DNA from: a virus | Reading direction: 5' to 3' (one strand) | Virus record (IMG/VR): IMGVR_UViG_3300010373_000042 | Coordinates: 7,573 to 71,572 of that record | Length of the DNA stretch: 64,000 nucleotides | Shown here: positions 17,523 through 28,243 of the stretch, piece by piece | Position numbering within the stretch: the first letter of the stretch is position 1 | Layout of the letters: each line of letters begins with the position of its first letter | Notes under the pieces: generated by a model | Seen by the model: the letters and a program-made list of their open reading frames with translations, nothing else | Told to the model about the DNA's origin: nothing | Databases searched by the model: none | Translations under genes and position numbers: made by a program

Positions 17523-19562
17523 ATGACGTGGGGCGCGGTGCAGTTGATTCCAGGCGTCGATACGCAAAAGACCATGTCGGCGAACATGGCCGGCGTATCG
17601 CAGTCGCAACTGATCCGTTACAAGGAAAGCTTGATCCAGACCTATGGCGGGTGGGTCAACTATTTCGGGGCGACCATCAATTCCACCGTGCGCGATCTGC
17701 ATCCGTGGCAGGACGCCAATGGTGTGCAGCATCTTGGTGTCGCGGCGACCGCCAGCCTCAACGTCATCACGGCTGGATCGCTACAGAACATCACGCCTCA
17801 AACCACCATCACCAATCCGGCCCCGAATATCTCGCTGTCGTCCGGATCGACGATTGCCACGATCATCGATGCGAATGCCAACGCCAGCCTGTTCAACACC
17901 ATCTACCTGAACACTCCTGTTTCGGTCGGTGGGTTTATCCTGAATGGCGCGTATCAGATCACCTCGGTCGGCGGTTCGACGATCTACACCATTTCGCTGT
18001 CATCGGCCTCGTCGGTCACGGTGACTGCGAGCAACAATTTCCTGCCGGTATTCTCGACCAGTAGCGGATCGGCGACAATCACGGTCGTGCTTCCCAGCAA
18101 CGGCTATCAGGCGATACCGGGCCTTTTCCAGCAATTCATTGCGCCGACAACAGTTGGCTCAAGCCTGCCGCTGATCGTGCAGGGTAAGTACCAGATTGCA
18201 TCCGTGATCGATTCCACCAGTTTCACCATCAATGCGGTGACGCAGGCTTCGACCACCGCCAGCGCCACCATGAACAGCAGCCTGCTGCAGATCGTGTACT
18301 ACGTCACGCTGGGACCGACGACCGTTGGATCTGGATTTGGTGCAGGCGGCTTTGGATCTGGCGGGTTCGGAACCGGAACGGCCTCGGCTGGCGTTCCCGG
18401 TACGCCGATCACCACAAGCGACTGGACCACGGATAACTGGGGTGAGATTTACGTCTCGTGTCCGAAAAACGGGCCGATCTATATTTGGTCGCCCGATTTC
18501 GGATTTCAGAACGCTCAGGTTATCCCGACCGCGCCATTTTTCAACATTGCCATCTTTATCTCGATGCCGCAGCAGATTCTGGTGGCGCTCGGCAGCGTGC
18601 AATCGACCGGCGTGCAGAACAGCTTGCTGGTGCGCTGGTCCAATGCGGCGGACTACACCAACTGGGCGGTGACCAACCAGACCGTGGCGGGCTCATTCCA
18701 GATTCCGTCCGGATCGACGCTGGTCGGCGGCATCCAGTGTCCCCAGTTTGCCCTTGTTTCGACTGATATCGATGCCTGGGCCATGACCTATGTCGGTGGC
18801 ACCGTCACCTTCAACTTCACCAAGATCGGCGTCGGCTGCGGCTGGATTTCGTCGCATGCCTGCGGCGTGCTTGGCGGCGCGCCGTTCTGGATGAGCGCCA
18901 GCAACTTTTTCACGCTCGGCGCCAACGGGGTGGTGCCGTTGCCTTGCACCGTGTGGGATCAGGTTTTTCAGAACCTGTCGACCGCGAACCAGAGCAAGGT
19001 GCGTTGCGGCGTCAATTCGGCCTTCAACGAGATCGCGTGGTTTTACCCGTCGGCCAATTCGACCGGTGAAAACGACAGCTATGTGAAAGTCCATATCGAG
19101 GGCAACGAATACGAGTGGGACTACGGCTCGCTGACCCGAACCGCATGGACCGATGTTTCGATCCTCGGCATGCCGCTCGGCGTCGACACGTCAGGGCAAA
19201 TCTACCAGCACGAGACCGGAACGGCGATTACCGGCACCGGCCTACCAAGCTTCCAGACGGGATATTGGACCATCGGCGAAGGCCAGGACATCCCGATCAT
19301 CGATTTCATCATCCCGGATTTCATCTATGGCATCCGATCCGGCTCGCCGAATGCCTCGATCACCATCACGTTCTTTGGCGCCAACTACCCCGGCGACACG
19401 CCGACGGTCTACGGACCCTACACGATCACGCAAGCGACCGAGTTCATCAACTGCCGCATCCGCAACCGGCTGCTGTCCGCCTTGATCCAGAGCAACGCAT
19501 CGAGCGAGTTCTGGCGCATTGGCCGCATCCGTTTTCGTTTTGCGCAATCGGGGAAGAGATAA
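17523..19562 (+). CDS. tail nozzle (P22 gp10/T7 gp12-like) protein
   Basis: 679 aa; WTTDNWGE, LVRWS, NSAFNEIAWFYPS, RTAW, WRIGRIR motifs. Confidence 0.75.
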   Translation: MTWGAVQLIPGVDTQKTMSANMAGVSQSQLIRYKESLIQTYGGWVNYFGATINSTVRDLHPWQDANGVQHLGVAATASLNVITAGSLQNITPQTTITNPAPNISLSSGSTIATIIDANANASLFNTIYLNTPVSVGGFILNGAYQITSVGGSTIYTISLSSASSVTVTASNNFLPVFSTSSGSATITVVLPSNGYQAIPGLFQQFIAPTTVGSSLPLIVQGKYQIASVIDSTSFTINAVTQASTTASATMNSSLLQIVYYVTLGPTTVGSGFGAGGFGSGGFGTGTASAGVPGTPITTSDWTTDNWGEIYVSCPKNGPIYIWSPDFGFQNAQVIPTAPFFNIAIFISMPQQILVALGSVQSTGVQNSLLVRWSNAADYTNWAVTNQTVAGSFQIPSGSTLVGGIQCPQFALVSTDIDAWAMTYVGGTVTFNFTKIGVGCGWISSHACGVLGGAPFWMSASNFFTLGANGVVPLPCTVWDQVFQNLSTANQSKVRCGVNSAFNEIAWFYPSANSTGENDSYVKVHIEGNEYEWDYGSLTRTAWTDVSILGMPLGVDTSGQIYQHETGTAITGTGLPSFQTGYWTIGEGQDIPIIDFIIPDFIYGIRSGSPNASITITFFGANYPGDTPTVYGPYTITQATEFINCRIRNRLLSALIQSNASSEFWRIGRIRFRFAQSGKR

Positions 19563-19564
19563 AC

Positions 19565-19792
19565 ATGGCCTCCGGAATCGGCGACCTCCTGCAGTCGATC
19601 AACAACGGCGTCACAGCCCTCAATAACCTGAGGACCACGATCAGCACGATCTTTCCACAGGTGACGGGAAGTTCGACGAAGGCTCCTTCGACCACAGGGA
19701 CCATCACGTTCACGTCGTCCGAGGCGCTGATGTTCCAGCTCGTCACTACCAGCTCCGGCTTTACCGGAAAAATTCCGATCTATCCGCAATAG
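19565..19792 (+). CDS. small tail protein
   Basis: Lies between nozzle and fibre; ends GKIPIYPQ. Confidence 0.55.
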   Translation: MASGIGDLLQSINNGVTALNNLRTTISTIFPQVTGSSTKAPSTTGTITFTSSEALMFQLVTTSSGFTGKIPIYPQ

Positions 19793-19799
19793 GTGCATC

Positions 19800-20714
19800 A
19801 TGGCCTCTACCTTCACGCCGAACATTCAACTCAACGAGCCAGCCCGCGGCGACGATGTCGGCACATGGGACACGCCAGTTAACAGCAATTCGACGCTACT
19901 TGATCTGGTGGTCGGCGGCATCGCGACCGTGTCCCTCAACAACTCGCCAGTCGTGCTAAACGCTGCGCAGTTTCAGGCCAGACAGATCACATTCAACTCG
20001 ACCCTGACCGGCAGCGTGGCAATCACGTTCCCGACTTCGTTCACCAAGAGTTACACCATTCGCCACCTATGCACAGGCTCCAGTGCATTCGTCATCACGC
20101 TGGAGACCACGGCGGCCGGCGGGCAAGTGATATGTTGCCCGCCCGGCGAGGCGGTCGACGTGGTCAACGATGGCACAAACCTCTACTTCAGCAATTTGGG
20201 ACGTATCGGTGGTTATTGGGACTACGCCGGCTCATCCGTCCCGGCTTGGGTGTCGGGTTGTACGGTCGCGCCATACCTCAATTGCGACGGCACCACGTTT
20301 TCCTCGGCGACGTATCCCGTGCTGGCCGCGATCTTCGGCGGTACAACGCTGCCTGACTCGCGCGGTCGATCTCGGTTCGCGCTGAATCAGGGCCAGAGCC
20401 GCATCACCTCGACGGCGGCGGGAGGATCTGGTGTCGACGGTACGACGCTGTTTGCCGCGGGCGGCGACCAGTTGGCGCAGGCGCACAGTCATACCATCAC
20501 CGATCCCGGACATCTTCATACATCAGATTTTCAAGCCTTGAATCTGTTTGATGCCGGTTCAGGCGGAAATACTGGAACGGGGGGATCAAAATTTGAGATT
20601 GTTAATACACTCCCTGCCGTGACCGGCATCACCGTGAATAGCGCGCTATCCGGTGCTGGTCAGAACATGCCGCCGGCGTATGTCGGTGGGTTAACCCTAG
20701 TCCGGGCCGGGTGA
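19800..20714 (+). CDS. tail fibre with tail-collar domain
   Basis: GTWDTPVNSN N-terminus; YLNCDG..FSSATYPVL..LPDSRGR; HSH..DPGH; QNMPP. Confidence 0.75.
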   Translation: MASTFTPNIQLNEPARGDDVGTWDTPVNSNSTLLDLVVGGIATVSLNNSPVVLNAAQFQARQITFNSTLTGSVAITFPTSFTKSYTIRHLCTGSSAFVITLETTAAGGQVICCPPGEAVDVVNDGTNLYFSNLGRIGGYWDYAGSSVPAWVSGCTVAPYLNCDGTTFSSATYPVLAAIFGGTTLPDSRGRSRFALNQGQSRITSTAAGGSGVDGTTLFAAGGDQLAQAHSHTITDPGHLHTSDFQALNLFDAGSGGNTGTGGSKFEIVNTLPAVTGITVNSALSGAGQNMPPAYVGGLTLVRAG

Positions 20715-20743
20715 TTGCCGGAACGAAGAAATGGGGATAAGTT
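20715..20743 (+). promoter_or_regulatory. sigma70-like promoter, probably leaderless transcript
   Basis: TTGCCG-17bp-TAAGTT just before ATG 20750; no SD. Confidence 0.5.
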
Positions 20744-20749
20744 CAATCC

Positions 20750-21409
20750 ATGCCGCTGATCAAATCAGGTAGCCGCGCTGCGGTCTCGGAGAATATTCGG
20801 GAAATGGTCCGGGCCGGCCATCCGCAGGATCAGGCTGTGGCAGCGGCGATGCGCAATGCCCGCAAATACGGGTCGCACATGGCCGCGGGCGGCTTCACTC
20901 CGCCATTCGAGGAGCGAACCGCCGCGCGCAACCTGATGCATCAGGGTTTCCTGCATTCGGCCGTGCCGGGCCGCACGGACAAGCTGCCGATCTCGGTGCA
21001 GGGCGGCAGTTACATCCTACCGGCCGACCATGTCGCTGCGTTGGGACAGGGCAACAGCATTGCTGGTGCGAATATCGTCAACAAGATTTTTCGGATGGGG
21101 CCGTATGGCGCGAACGCATCGCCATCGCTTCATGCGGCCAAGGCCACGATGCCGCATCTCAATCTGCGCGCTCCGACACCGGCCCAGCCGAAGGCTCCAA
21201 AATTTGCAACCGGTGGAGAGGATGCCGGACAGGGCAGGCCGACCGACATTATCGCTGCCGGCGGCGAAATCGTCATTCCGCCGGACCGGATCGTCGAGCG
21301 TTTTGGCGACATCGAACACGGTCACAAGGCGCTCGACAAGTGGGTAGTCGACACCCGCAAGAAGCACATCAAGACGTTGCGCGGCTTGAAGCCGCCAAAG
21401 AAAAATTAG
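20750..21409 (+). CDS. internal virion protein with two xAxGG-associated domains
   Basis: MAAGG...GRTDKLP...[10 protein letters not shown]; FATGG...GGEIVIPP. Confidence 0.55.
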   Translation: MPLIKSGSRAAVSENIREMVRAGHPQDQAVAAAMRNARKYGSHMAAGGFTPPFEERTAARNLMHQGFLHSAVPGRTDKLPISVQGGSYILPADHVAALGQGNSIAGANIVNKIFRMGPYGANASPSLHAAKATMPHLNLRAPTPAQPKAPKFATGGEDAGQGRPTDIIAAGGEIVIPPDRIVERFGDIEHGHKALDKWVVDTRKKHIKTLRGLKPPKKN

Positions 21410-21418
21410 GAACAGCAG

Positions 21419-21931
21419 ATGCCGTGCCCCTCGATCGTGCGCGTTGCTAAGCCGGGAGACCATACCGAAATCTGGCGCCTATTTCTCCAGGGCCACCGGG
21501 AAAACGGCCAGTTCAACCTCGCGCCGGAAAAGGTCGAGTTTTTTCTATCGCGCGCTCTGTTTCCCCAGTCGATACCCGAATGGGACACCGGGCCGCGCGG
21601 CGCGATCGGCGTGATTGGCGATGTCGGAAGGCTTGAGGCCTTGGTGTTCGTGACGATCGGCTCCTATTGGTACTCGCACGACCGGCACCTCGAGGAATTT
21701 CTGGTGTTCGTCGATCCGGAGTGCCGCCGCTCCGGCCATGCCCGCGCTCTGGTCGACTGGATGAAACTGCAGAGCGACCGCACCGGCCTGCCGCTGGTCA
21801 CCGGCATCATCAGCAATACCCGGACGGAGGCCAAGGTGGCGCTCTATAGCCGCATGCTGCCGAAGGTCGGCGCCTTCTTCCTCTACGGCGGCAAGGGCAG
21901 CGTTCACTCATCCAGCGCCGCTTACGCATAG
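21419..21931 (+). CDS. GNAT-fold protein preceding ejection proteins
   Basis: FVDPECRRSGHARAL acetyl-CoA-binding-like motif; T7 gp13-like position. Confidence 0.65.
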   Translation: MPCPSIVRVAKPGDHTEIWRLFLQGHRENGQFNLAPEKVEFFLSRALFPQSIPEWDTGPRGAIGVIGDVGRLEALVFVTIGSYWYSHDRHLEEFLVFVDPECRRSGHARALVDWMKLQSDRTGLPLVTGIISNTRTEAKVALYSRMLPKVGAFFLYGGKGSVHSSSAAYA

Positions 21932-21940
21932 GCCGGAACG

Positions 21941-24775
21941 ATGGGCAGCAAGGGCAGCAACACCACCACAACCACCCAGAATCAAACCTATGCCCCGACA
22001 GGGCAGGCGGCGATTCAGGCTGCGCTGACCCAAGGCCAGAATGCGGCCCAGCTTCCCTTCAACATCCCACAGGCCCCGGTCGCCGGCTTCTCGCCCGACC
22101 AACTTACCGCGTTCCAGACCGTCAACAACGCGCAGGGCGTCGCAAATCCTTATTTCCAGCAGGCCGCGCAGGACTTCACGCCGGCGGGCACGCAAGCGTT
22201 TCTCAATCCCTACGCCTCGAACGTGATGGCGGGGCTTCAGAACACATTCGGCGAGCAGCAGGCCCAGACCACCGGACAATTGACGCAGGCCGCCGGCGGC
22301 GTCGGCGCGGACCGCATCGCGGTCGGGCAATCGGACCTTGCGAATCAGCAGGCCCTCGCCGCGGGGCAGACACTGTCGGGCCTCTATACCGGCGCGGCGC
22401 AGCAGGCGCAGGCGGCCGGCTACGGTTCTGCCGCGACGGGCTCCGGCCTCGAAAATTCCATGCTCACGGGCGCGCAGGCGCAGCTCGGCACCGGTGGCCT
22501 GCAGCAGCAATTGAGCCAGGCCCAACTCAATTCGCCATACCAGCTCGCGTTGGCGCAGGCGGCTTTCCCTTACCAGCAGGCGCAGTTCAATGCCGGCATC
22601 ACCGGCGCGCTGGCCCCTGCGCTCGGCGGCACCACCTACGGCACCGGCACCACGACGACGCCGCAGCCGAGCCTGCTGTCGCAAATTCTCGGTCTAGGCA
22701 CTGCTGCCGTAGGTGTGGCCGGACAGTCCGGAAGTTTCAGCCCGACGTCGGCCACCAATCCCAAGGGATCCAGCCCGAGTTACGGCGGCGGCAACATCTT
22801 CTCCGGCGACGCTTATGGCGGCAGCGCTTCGAATCCGTTGGCCGGCCTATCGGCGGCCGATTACGGCGCGCGCGGAGGATCGTTCGGCAGCCCCTATGCC
22901 CGTGGGGGGAAAGCGTTTGCCAGCGGCGGCACGCCGGCGGCGACCACGGTCTACGGCCTTCCGAGCGGCTTCAACGACAATCCGATCAACGTCGACGCCG
23001 ATGCGATCATCCCGCAAAGCCAGTTGCCGCAGGCGCAGACGCATCAGCCATCGCTGAACCTCAATGCCCCGGCGCCGGCCAGCAATAACGGCGCGGCGCA
23101 GGCGGTCGGCGATGCGGTCAAGATCGCTACCATGTTCATGAAGAAGGGCGGAAAGGTCAAAAATCCCTACGCCTTTGCCGACGGCGGCACGCCAGACGAT
23201 ACCGTGTGGAATCCCGATGAGCCTTTCCGCATGCCGGACCCGGCGGCTGTCGATCAGTGGCGTCGTGATGCCGACACGGCGATGGCGTTTGCGCCTACCG
23301 GTTCGGGGGCATCGTCCCCGCAGCCCGCGCCTGTCGCCAGTGCTGCACCCGCGGCTTCTGCACTCCCGGTGGCACCCGCGCCGACCAACGCTTACGCACC
23401 CGCACCTTCGGCCGGGGCTTCTACCAGCGATCCGGATGATACCGAAAGCTTTGGCAAGAGTCCGTGGCTGGCGCTGACCGCAGCCGGCCTAGGCATTGCG
23501 GGCGGCACGTCGCCGTTCGCGCTGACCAACATCGCGCAGGGCGCAATGGCCGGCGTGAAGACCCTCGAGCAGCAGCGCGAGGCAGGCCAGAAGGACAAGA
23601 CGGTGGAACAGGCGGCGCAGCGGCTGGCGCAGGAAGCCAAATTCCACCAGGACCAGTACACCAAGATGACGCCGTACCAGCAGGGCGAGCTCGACGCCCG
23701 CGCTCGCGCGGAAGGGCTGGCTGAACAGAAGCCGGTCACGCTCGGGCAGGACGCATTGGGGCACCCGATTCTCGGCATCAAGGACCCCGACAAGCCGGGT
23801 CATTACCTCGACCCGATCACCCATCAGCCGGTGCAGTCCGGCGAGATATCGCCTGCGCCGCAGTACAATGTTCCGGGCGCGCCGAACACTCCGCCGGTCG
23901 CGCCGGGATCGGCTGATGATGCCGCGATACCGCCCAATGCCAGGTTTGCCCAACTCAAGCCCGGCATCGACACGCCCGAAGGCACCCATCCCGAGGTGCT
24001 GGCGGCGCTACCGCCATCGCTTGCCGCAACCGTCCGGGCAATTGACGAGGGGCGTCAAAGCCTCGGTTCGGTCGGCTACAAGGACCGCACCGCGATCGCA
24101 AAATTGGTCAATCAGTACGACGATAATTTCGACCAGACCACGTATGCGCTCCGAAACCGGACCAATTCGGATCTGTCCTCGAATGGCAATGCCGGCAAGA
24201 TGATCCTTGCCGTCAACCAGTTGCTGCCGCATTTGAAGACCGCGAGCGACAAGGCCGCCGAGCTCGACAACAGCAGCTATCCGGCTGCGAACTCGGTTGC
24301 CAACTGGTGGGCCACGGCGACCGGAGATCCAAGGGTCAAGACGTTCGAGGAAGTGCGCGAGGTGGCGGCAATGGACGCAGCGCGACTACTGCGCGGCTCG
24401 GGCGCGATGGCGGAAAAGGATATCGAGTTCTGGCGTAATAATCTGTCCTCGGCCGGATCGCCGAGGCAGCTTCAGTCGCAACTCAATCTACTGGCCGATG
24501 ACCTGATGGGGGCCCGGATCGGTTCGATCAAGCAGTCCTACGAGATGAACATGCGCAAGAAGGCGCCGGATTTCGTCTCGCCCGAAGCCAAGGAAGCACT
24601 GAATGCGATCAAGGGGCGGTTGCCGGGTCAGAACGCCGCTCCGGCCGCCACTCCGGCCGCGTCGCCCGCAGGCGACCCCTTGGCGCAGGCCCGCGCGGCA
24701 ATTGCCGCCGGCGCGCCGCGCGCTGCGGTGATCGAACGGTTGCAGAAGAACGGCATCGACCCGGCAGGGCTGTGA
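21941..24775 (+). CDS. DNA ejection/internal virion protein
   Basis: MGSKGSNTTTTTQ start, Q/A/G-rich, FLNPY motif, hydrophobic patches. Confidence 0.7.
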   Translation: MGSKGSNTTTTTQNQTYAPTGQAAIQAALTQGQNAAQLPFNIPQAPVAGFSPDQLTAFQTVNNAQGVANPYFQQAAQDFTPAGTQAFLNPYASNVMAGLQNTFGEQQAQTTGQLTQAAGGVGADRIAVGQSDLANQQALAAGQTLSGLYTGAAQQAQAAGYGSAATGSGLENSMLTGAQAQLGTGGLQQQLSQAQLNSPYQLALAQAAFPYQQAQFNAGITGALAPALGGTTYGTGTTTTPQPSLLSQILGLGTAAVGVAGQSGSFSPTSATNPKGSSPSYGGGNIFSGDAYGGSASNPLAGLSAADYGARGGSFGSPYARGGKAFASGGTPAATTVYGLPSGFNDNPINVDADAIIPQSQLPQAQTHQPSLNLNAPAPASNNGAAQAVGDAVKIATMFMKKGGKVKNPYAFADGGTPDDTVWNPDEPFRMPDPAAVDQWRRDADTAMAFAPTGSGASSPQPAPVASAAPAASALPVAPAPTNAYAPAPSAGASTSDPDDTESFGKSPWLALTAAGLGIAGGTSPFALTNIAQGAMAGVKTLEQQREAGQKDKTVEQAAQRLAQEAKFHQDQYTKMTPYQQGELDARARAEGLAEQKPVTLGQDALGHPILGIKDPDKPGHYLDPITHQPVQSGEISPAPQYNVPGAPNTPPVAPGSADDAAIPPNARFAQLKPGIDTPEGTHPEVLAALPPSLAATVRAIDEGRQSLGSVGYKDRTAIAKLVNQYDDNFDQTTYALRNRTNSDLSSNGNAGKMILAVNQLLPHLKTASDKAAELDNSSYPAANSVANWWATATGDPRVKTFEEVREVAAMDAARLLRGSGAMAEKDIEFWRNNLSSAGSPRQLQSQLNLLADDLMGARIGSIKQSYEMNMRKKAPDFVSPEAKEALNAIKGRLPGQNAAPAATPAASPAGDPLAQARAAIAAGAPRAAVIERLQKNGIDPAGL

Positions 24776-24776
24776 G

Positions 24777-26999
24777 ATGGCGGACATCAATCGGCTGATC
24801 CGGAACCACATCGACCGTGCCGCCGCGAAGGCGCAGCGCCAGCCATCGGATGGCCAGAAGGAAGCCGGCAACTATCGGAAGGGGAAAATCCGGTTTCACG
24901 GGTTGGACATCTCGATTGAGAATCCTCGCGGGTCCAACCGTTCTGGCGTCGGAAAGGATGGCAAGCCGTGGCGCGTCGCGCTTCCGGATCATTACGGCTA
25001 TATCCGCCGGACCGAGGGCAGCGATGGTGATCACGTCGATTGCTACATCGGCCGCCATCCACTGAGTTCGCGGGTGTTCGTGATCGACCAAGTCGACGCA
25101 GACAGTAAGGAGCACGACGAGCACAAGTGCATGCTGGGCTACACCAGTGAGGAGCAGGCGCTGAGCGCCTATCGTCGTGCGTTTTCCGATGGTCGCGGCG
25201 ATCACCGGATCGGATCGGTCAAGGAGATGGACATCGCGCAGTTCAAAAACTGGCTGGAGCGCGTCGGCGGCTTGCCAAAATACGCGACTGGCGGGGCCGT
25301 CCACATGGCCGCCGGCGGCGTCCCCGGCATGTTCGACGATCTCGTGCCCGCCGCACCGGCAGCAGATGCTCCTGCCGCCGCCGCGCCTGACCACGGCATG
25401 TTCGGCGATCTGGTGCCGACCAAGAAGCCCGGCCTGCCAGACGTCGGCGCGCCGCTGATCGGAAATGGCGGCCAGTTTTCGGGCGGCACCGATATTGGGA
25501 ATGATTTCGCCGATTCCGCCGCCAAGACCGCCAATGCCGCCATTCGCAATGCCCCTGCGAGCGCGGTCAATTTTGCCCATGACGTGGTCACCCCGTTCAT
25601 CCATCCGGTTGACACCATGGAAAACATGAAGAACCTCGGGCTTGGCGTGCTGGAAAAGGCCGGGGTCACCTCGGGCGATTCGCATGAGAAATACGCCAAC
25701 GCGGTGGGGAGGTTCTTCGCCGACCGCTACGGCGGGTTCGACAAGGCCCGGCACACGCTTGAGACCGACCCGGTTGGCATGGCCGGCGACCTGTCGGCGA
25801 TCCTGACCGGCGGCGAGACATTGCTGGCGCGCGCGCCGGGCGTCGCCGGCAAGGTCGGCGAAGTGGCTGGCGATATCGGCCGAACCGTGGATCCGATGCG
25901 CGCCGCGGCGCCGGTGGCGGAGACGGCAGGCAATGTGGCCGGCAATGTTGCGTCCCAGGTATTGGGCGTCACGACTGGCGTCGGAGCCGATCCGCTCAAG
26001 GTCGCGACCCGCGCCGGCTATGAGGGTGGTCCAGCGGCGCAAGCCTTCCGCGAGAACATCACCGGGGCAGCTCCGCTCTCGGACGCGGTCGACGAGGCGC
26101 GCGCCGCGGTGGCGCAACTACGGCAGGAGCGCGGCAACGCCTACCGGACCCAGATGGGGCCGATCAAGGCGGACAGCACCATCCTCGACTTCAACGACAT
26201 CGATCAGGCGGTTGCCAACGCTCAAGGCATCAAGACCTATTCCGGCCGCAGCGGCACCGGGCCGACGCAGAGTCTGTCGCCGAAAACCGAAGGCATCCGC
26301 AAGGAAATGACGGATGCGATCGACAATTGGAAAGGCCTCGATCCGGCCGAATTCCATACCCCCGAGGGCATCGACGCGCTGAAACAGCAACTCGGCGATA
26401 TCCGCGACGGGACCGAGCCCAATACGCCGTCGCGCGTCGCCGCCGACCGCATCTACAATGCCGTGCGTCAGACCATCATCGATCAGGTGCCGGAATACGC
26501 CAAGGTCATGAAGGGCTACGAGGACGCCAGCAAACAGATCAAGGAAATCGAGACCACGCTGTCGCTGAAGCCGAACGTCAATGTCGACACCGCGCTGCGC
26601 AAGCTGCAATCGACCCTGCGCGACAACGTCAATACCTCGTTCGGGCGCCGGGCTGAACTGGCGAATTTCCTGGTCAGCGCCGGCGCGCCGAATCTCATGG
26701 AGAAGCTGGCCGGTCAGGCGCTGCATTCGTGGGTTCCGCGCGGGCTGGCGCGGCTGGCAACAATGGAGACCGTACCTGCGGTAGCGGGCGCGGTCGGAGC
26801 GGGCGCGACAGGTGCCGGACTGGCCGCCGCGGCAACGCTGCCGCTGATGTCGCCGCGGCTGGTAGGCAATGCCGCCTATGGCGCTGGTGTCGCCGGCCGA
26901 TATGCCAATCCGGTGCTGTCCCGGCTGGCCCGCCCCGCGCGCCAGATCGGCCGTGTCACGGAACCGTTCCAGCCCGGGTTCAACCCCTACGCGCAGTAG
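24777..26999 (+). CDS. ejection protein with N-terminal inorganic-pyrophosphatase-like domain
   Basis: QKEAGNYRKG...ISIENPRGS.RSG...HYGYI..TEG.DGDHVD..IG...DEHK. Confidence 0.75.
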   Translation: MADINRLIRNHIDRAAAKAQRQPSDGQKEAGNYRKGKIRFHGLDISIENPRGSNRSGVGKDGKPWRVALPDHYGYIRRTEGSDGDHVDCYIGRHPLSSRVFVIDQVDADSKEHDEHKCMLGYTSEEQALSAYRRAFSDGRGDHRIGSVKEMDIAQFKNWLERVGGLPKYATGGAVHMAAGGVPGMFDDLVPAAPAADAPAAAAPDHGMFGDLVPTKKPGLPDVGAPLIGNGGQFSGGTDIGNDFADSAAKTANAAIRNAPASAVNFAHDVVTPFIHPVDTMENMKNLGLGVLEKAGVTSGDSHEKYANAVGRFFADRYGGFDKARHTLETDPVGMAGDLSAILTGGETLLARAPGVAGKVGEVAGDIGRTVDPMRAAAPVAETAGNVAGNVASQVLGVTTGVGADPLKVATRAGYEGGPAAQAFRENITGAAPLSDAVDEARAAVAQLRQERGNAYRTQMGPIKADSTILDFNDIDQAVANAQGIKTYSGRSGTGPTQSLSPKTEGIRKEMTDAIDNWKGLDPAEFHTPEGIDALKQQLGDIRDGTEPNTPSRVAADRIYNAVRQTIIDQVPEYAKVMKGYEDASKQIKEIETTLSLKPNVNVDTALRKLQSTLRDNVNTSFGRRAELANFLVSAGAPNLMEKLAGQALHSWVPRGLARLATMETVPAVAGAVGAGATGAGLAAAATLPLMSPRLVGNAAYGAGVAGRYANPVLSRLARPARQIGRVTEPFQPGFNPYAQ

Positions 27000-27058
27000 T
27001 GACTTTCCTAATGATTTGAACTACAACCCACTTCTTGAGGAAGAGGTGGATTTCGCGG

Positions 27059-27604
27059 ATGACCGACATCGTCCCTCGCGTGCTGGAGCGCCTAACGCAC
27101 CCCTACAAGGAGCGTGGGTTGACGCATGATCGGCTCAAAGGACTTTTGCGGTACGATCCGATCACGGGGCTGTTTGTCTGGCTCGTCTCGAAAACTCCCA
27201 ATGGTGTACCGGGCGAGGTGGCTGGATCAAAAAACAAGGCCAACGGATATATCTACATCGGGATCGACGGCAAAATCTATCTCGCTCATTACCTCGCGTG
27301 GTTTTACCAGATGGGCGAATGGCCCAGTCACGAGGTTGATCACCGTGATCTGCGGCATGACAACAACAAGTGGGTAAATCTTAGGCCAGCGACGCCGGTA
27401 CAAAACTGCATGAATCGTCCCAAGCGGGCAGATTCCAAAAATCCCTATAAGGGGATCAGGAAGAAAGGCAATCGCTGGCAGGCCTGCATTTCGATTAACA
27501 AGAAAAGGAAATTACTCGGCACATTTGCGACCGCCGAAGATGCTCATCAGGCGTATGCTGCTGCAGCGAGAGCACACTACGGTGAATTTGCGAGGGCTGC
27601 TTGA
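27059..27604 (+). CDS. HNH-AP2 homing endonuclease, start uncertain
   Basis: YDPITG...AHYLAW...VDH...DNNKWVNLRPAT..QN; AP2 domain WQACI...LGTF.TAEDA. Confidence 0.88.
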   Translation: MTDIVPRVLERLTHPYKERGLTHDRLKGLLRYDPITGLFVWLVSKTPNGVPGEVAGSKNKANGYIYIGIDGKIYLAHYLAWFYQMGEWPSHEVDHRDLRHDNNKWVNLRPATPVQNCMNRPKRADSKNPYKGIRKKGNRWQACISINKKRKLLGTFATAEDAHQAYAAAARAHYGEFARAA

Positions 27605-28242
27605 TGTCCTTGCTGAGCTCTCAGGACGCAATCAACCTTATCGTCACCTCTGAAGTCTCATCAGAGGCGGCTTACACAAAGCTGTATTCGCATCCGACAT
27701 GGCCCGGCGGACAATCCGGCGTCACCGTCGCCATCGGTTATGATTGCGGATATTCGACCATCGATCAAATCGATGAAGACTGGGCCGACAAGCTCCCCCT
27801 CGAAATGGTGGAAGCCCTTCAGGAAGTCGCGGGCATTACAGGATCGGCGGCGAGTTCGCACGCTCATGCCCTGATCGGCCGAGTGACGGTTGATTGGGAC
27901 GCCGCCATGGCGGTGTTTCAGGATCGCGATATGCCGAAATGGGAGGGCATCGTCCAAAGATCGCTGCCGAACACCGACAAGCTGTCGGCGGACAGTTTCG
28001 GTGCGCTCGTCAGCCTGACCTACAATCGAGGCGCGACTTTTTCGACACCGGGCGCGCGATACATGGAAATGCGGGCGATCCACCAGCACATGGCTGGAAA
28101 TAGTTTCAACCTGATCCCGGACGATATCCGCGCCATGGCGAGGCTTTGGCCGAATGCACTCGGGCTGAGGTTGCGGCGCGATCATGAGGCCGCGCTGTTT
28201 GCGAAGGGCTTAATCCAAAACTCGAAACCATTGGAGAAGTAA
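27601..28242 (+). CDS. endolysin (lysozyme, pesticin/GH24-like)
   Basis: E...WPGGQSGVTVAIGYDCG...ALVSLTYNRG...GLRLRR.HEA.LF. Confidence 0.8.
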   Translation: MMSLLSSQDAINLIVTSEVSSEAAYTKLYSHPTWPGGQSGVTVAIGYDCGYSTIDQIDEDWADKLPLEMVEALQEVAGITGSAASSHAHALIGRVTVDWDAAMAVFQDRDMPKWEGIVQRSLPNTDKLSADSFGALVSLTYNRGATFSTPGARYMEMRAIHQHMAGNSFNLIPDDIRAMARLWPNALGLRLRRDHEAALFAKGLIQNSKPLEK

Positions 28243-28243
28243 C

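Noticed and set aside
27035-27604. Intron around the HNH-AP2 gene
   Set aside because: Both flanking genes look complete; a free-standing homing endonuclease is sufficient
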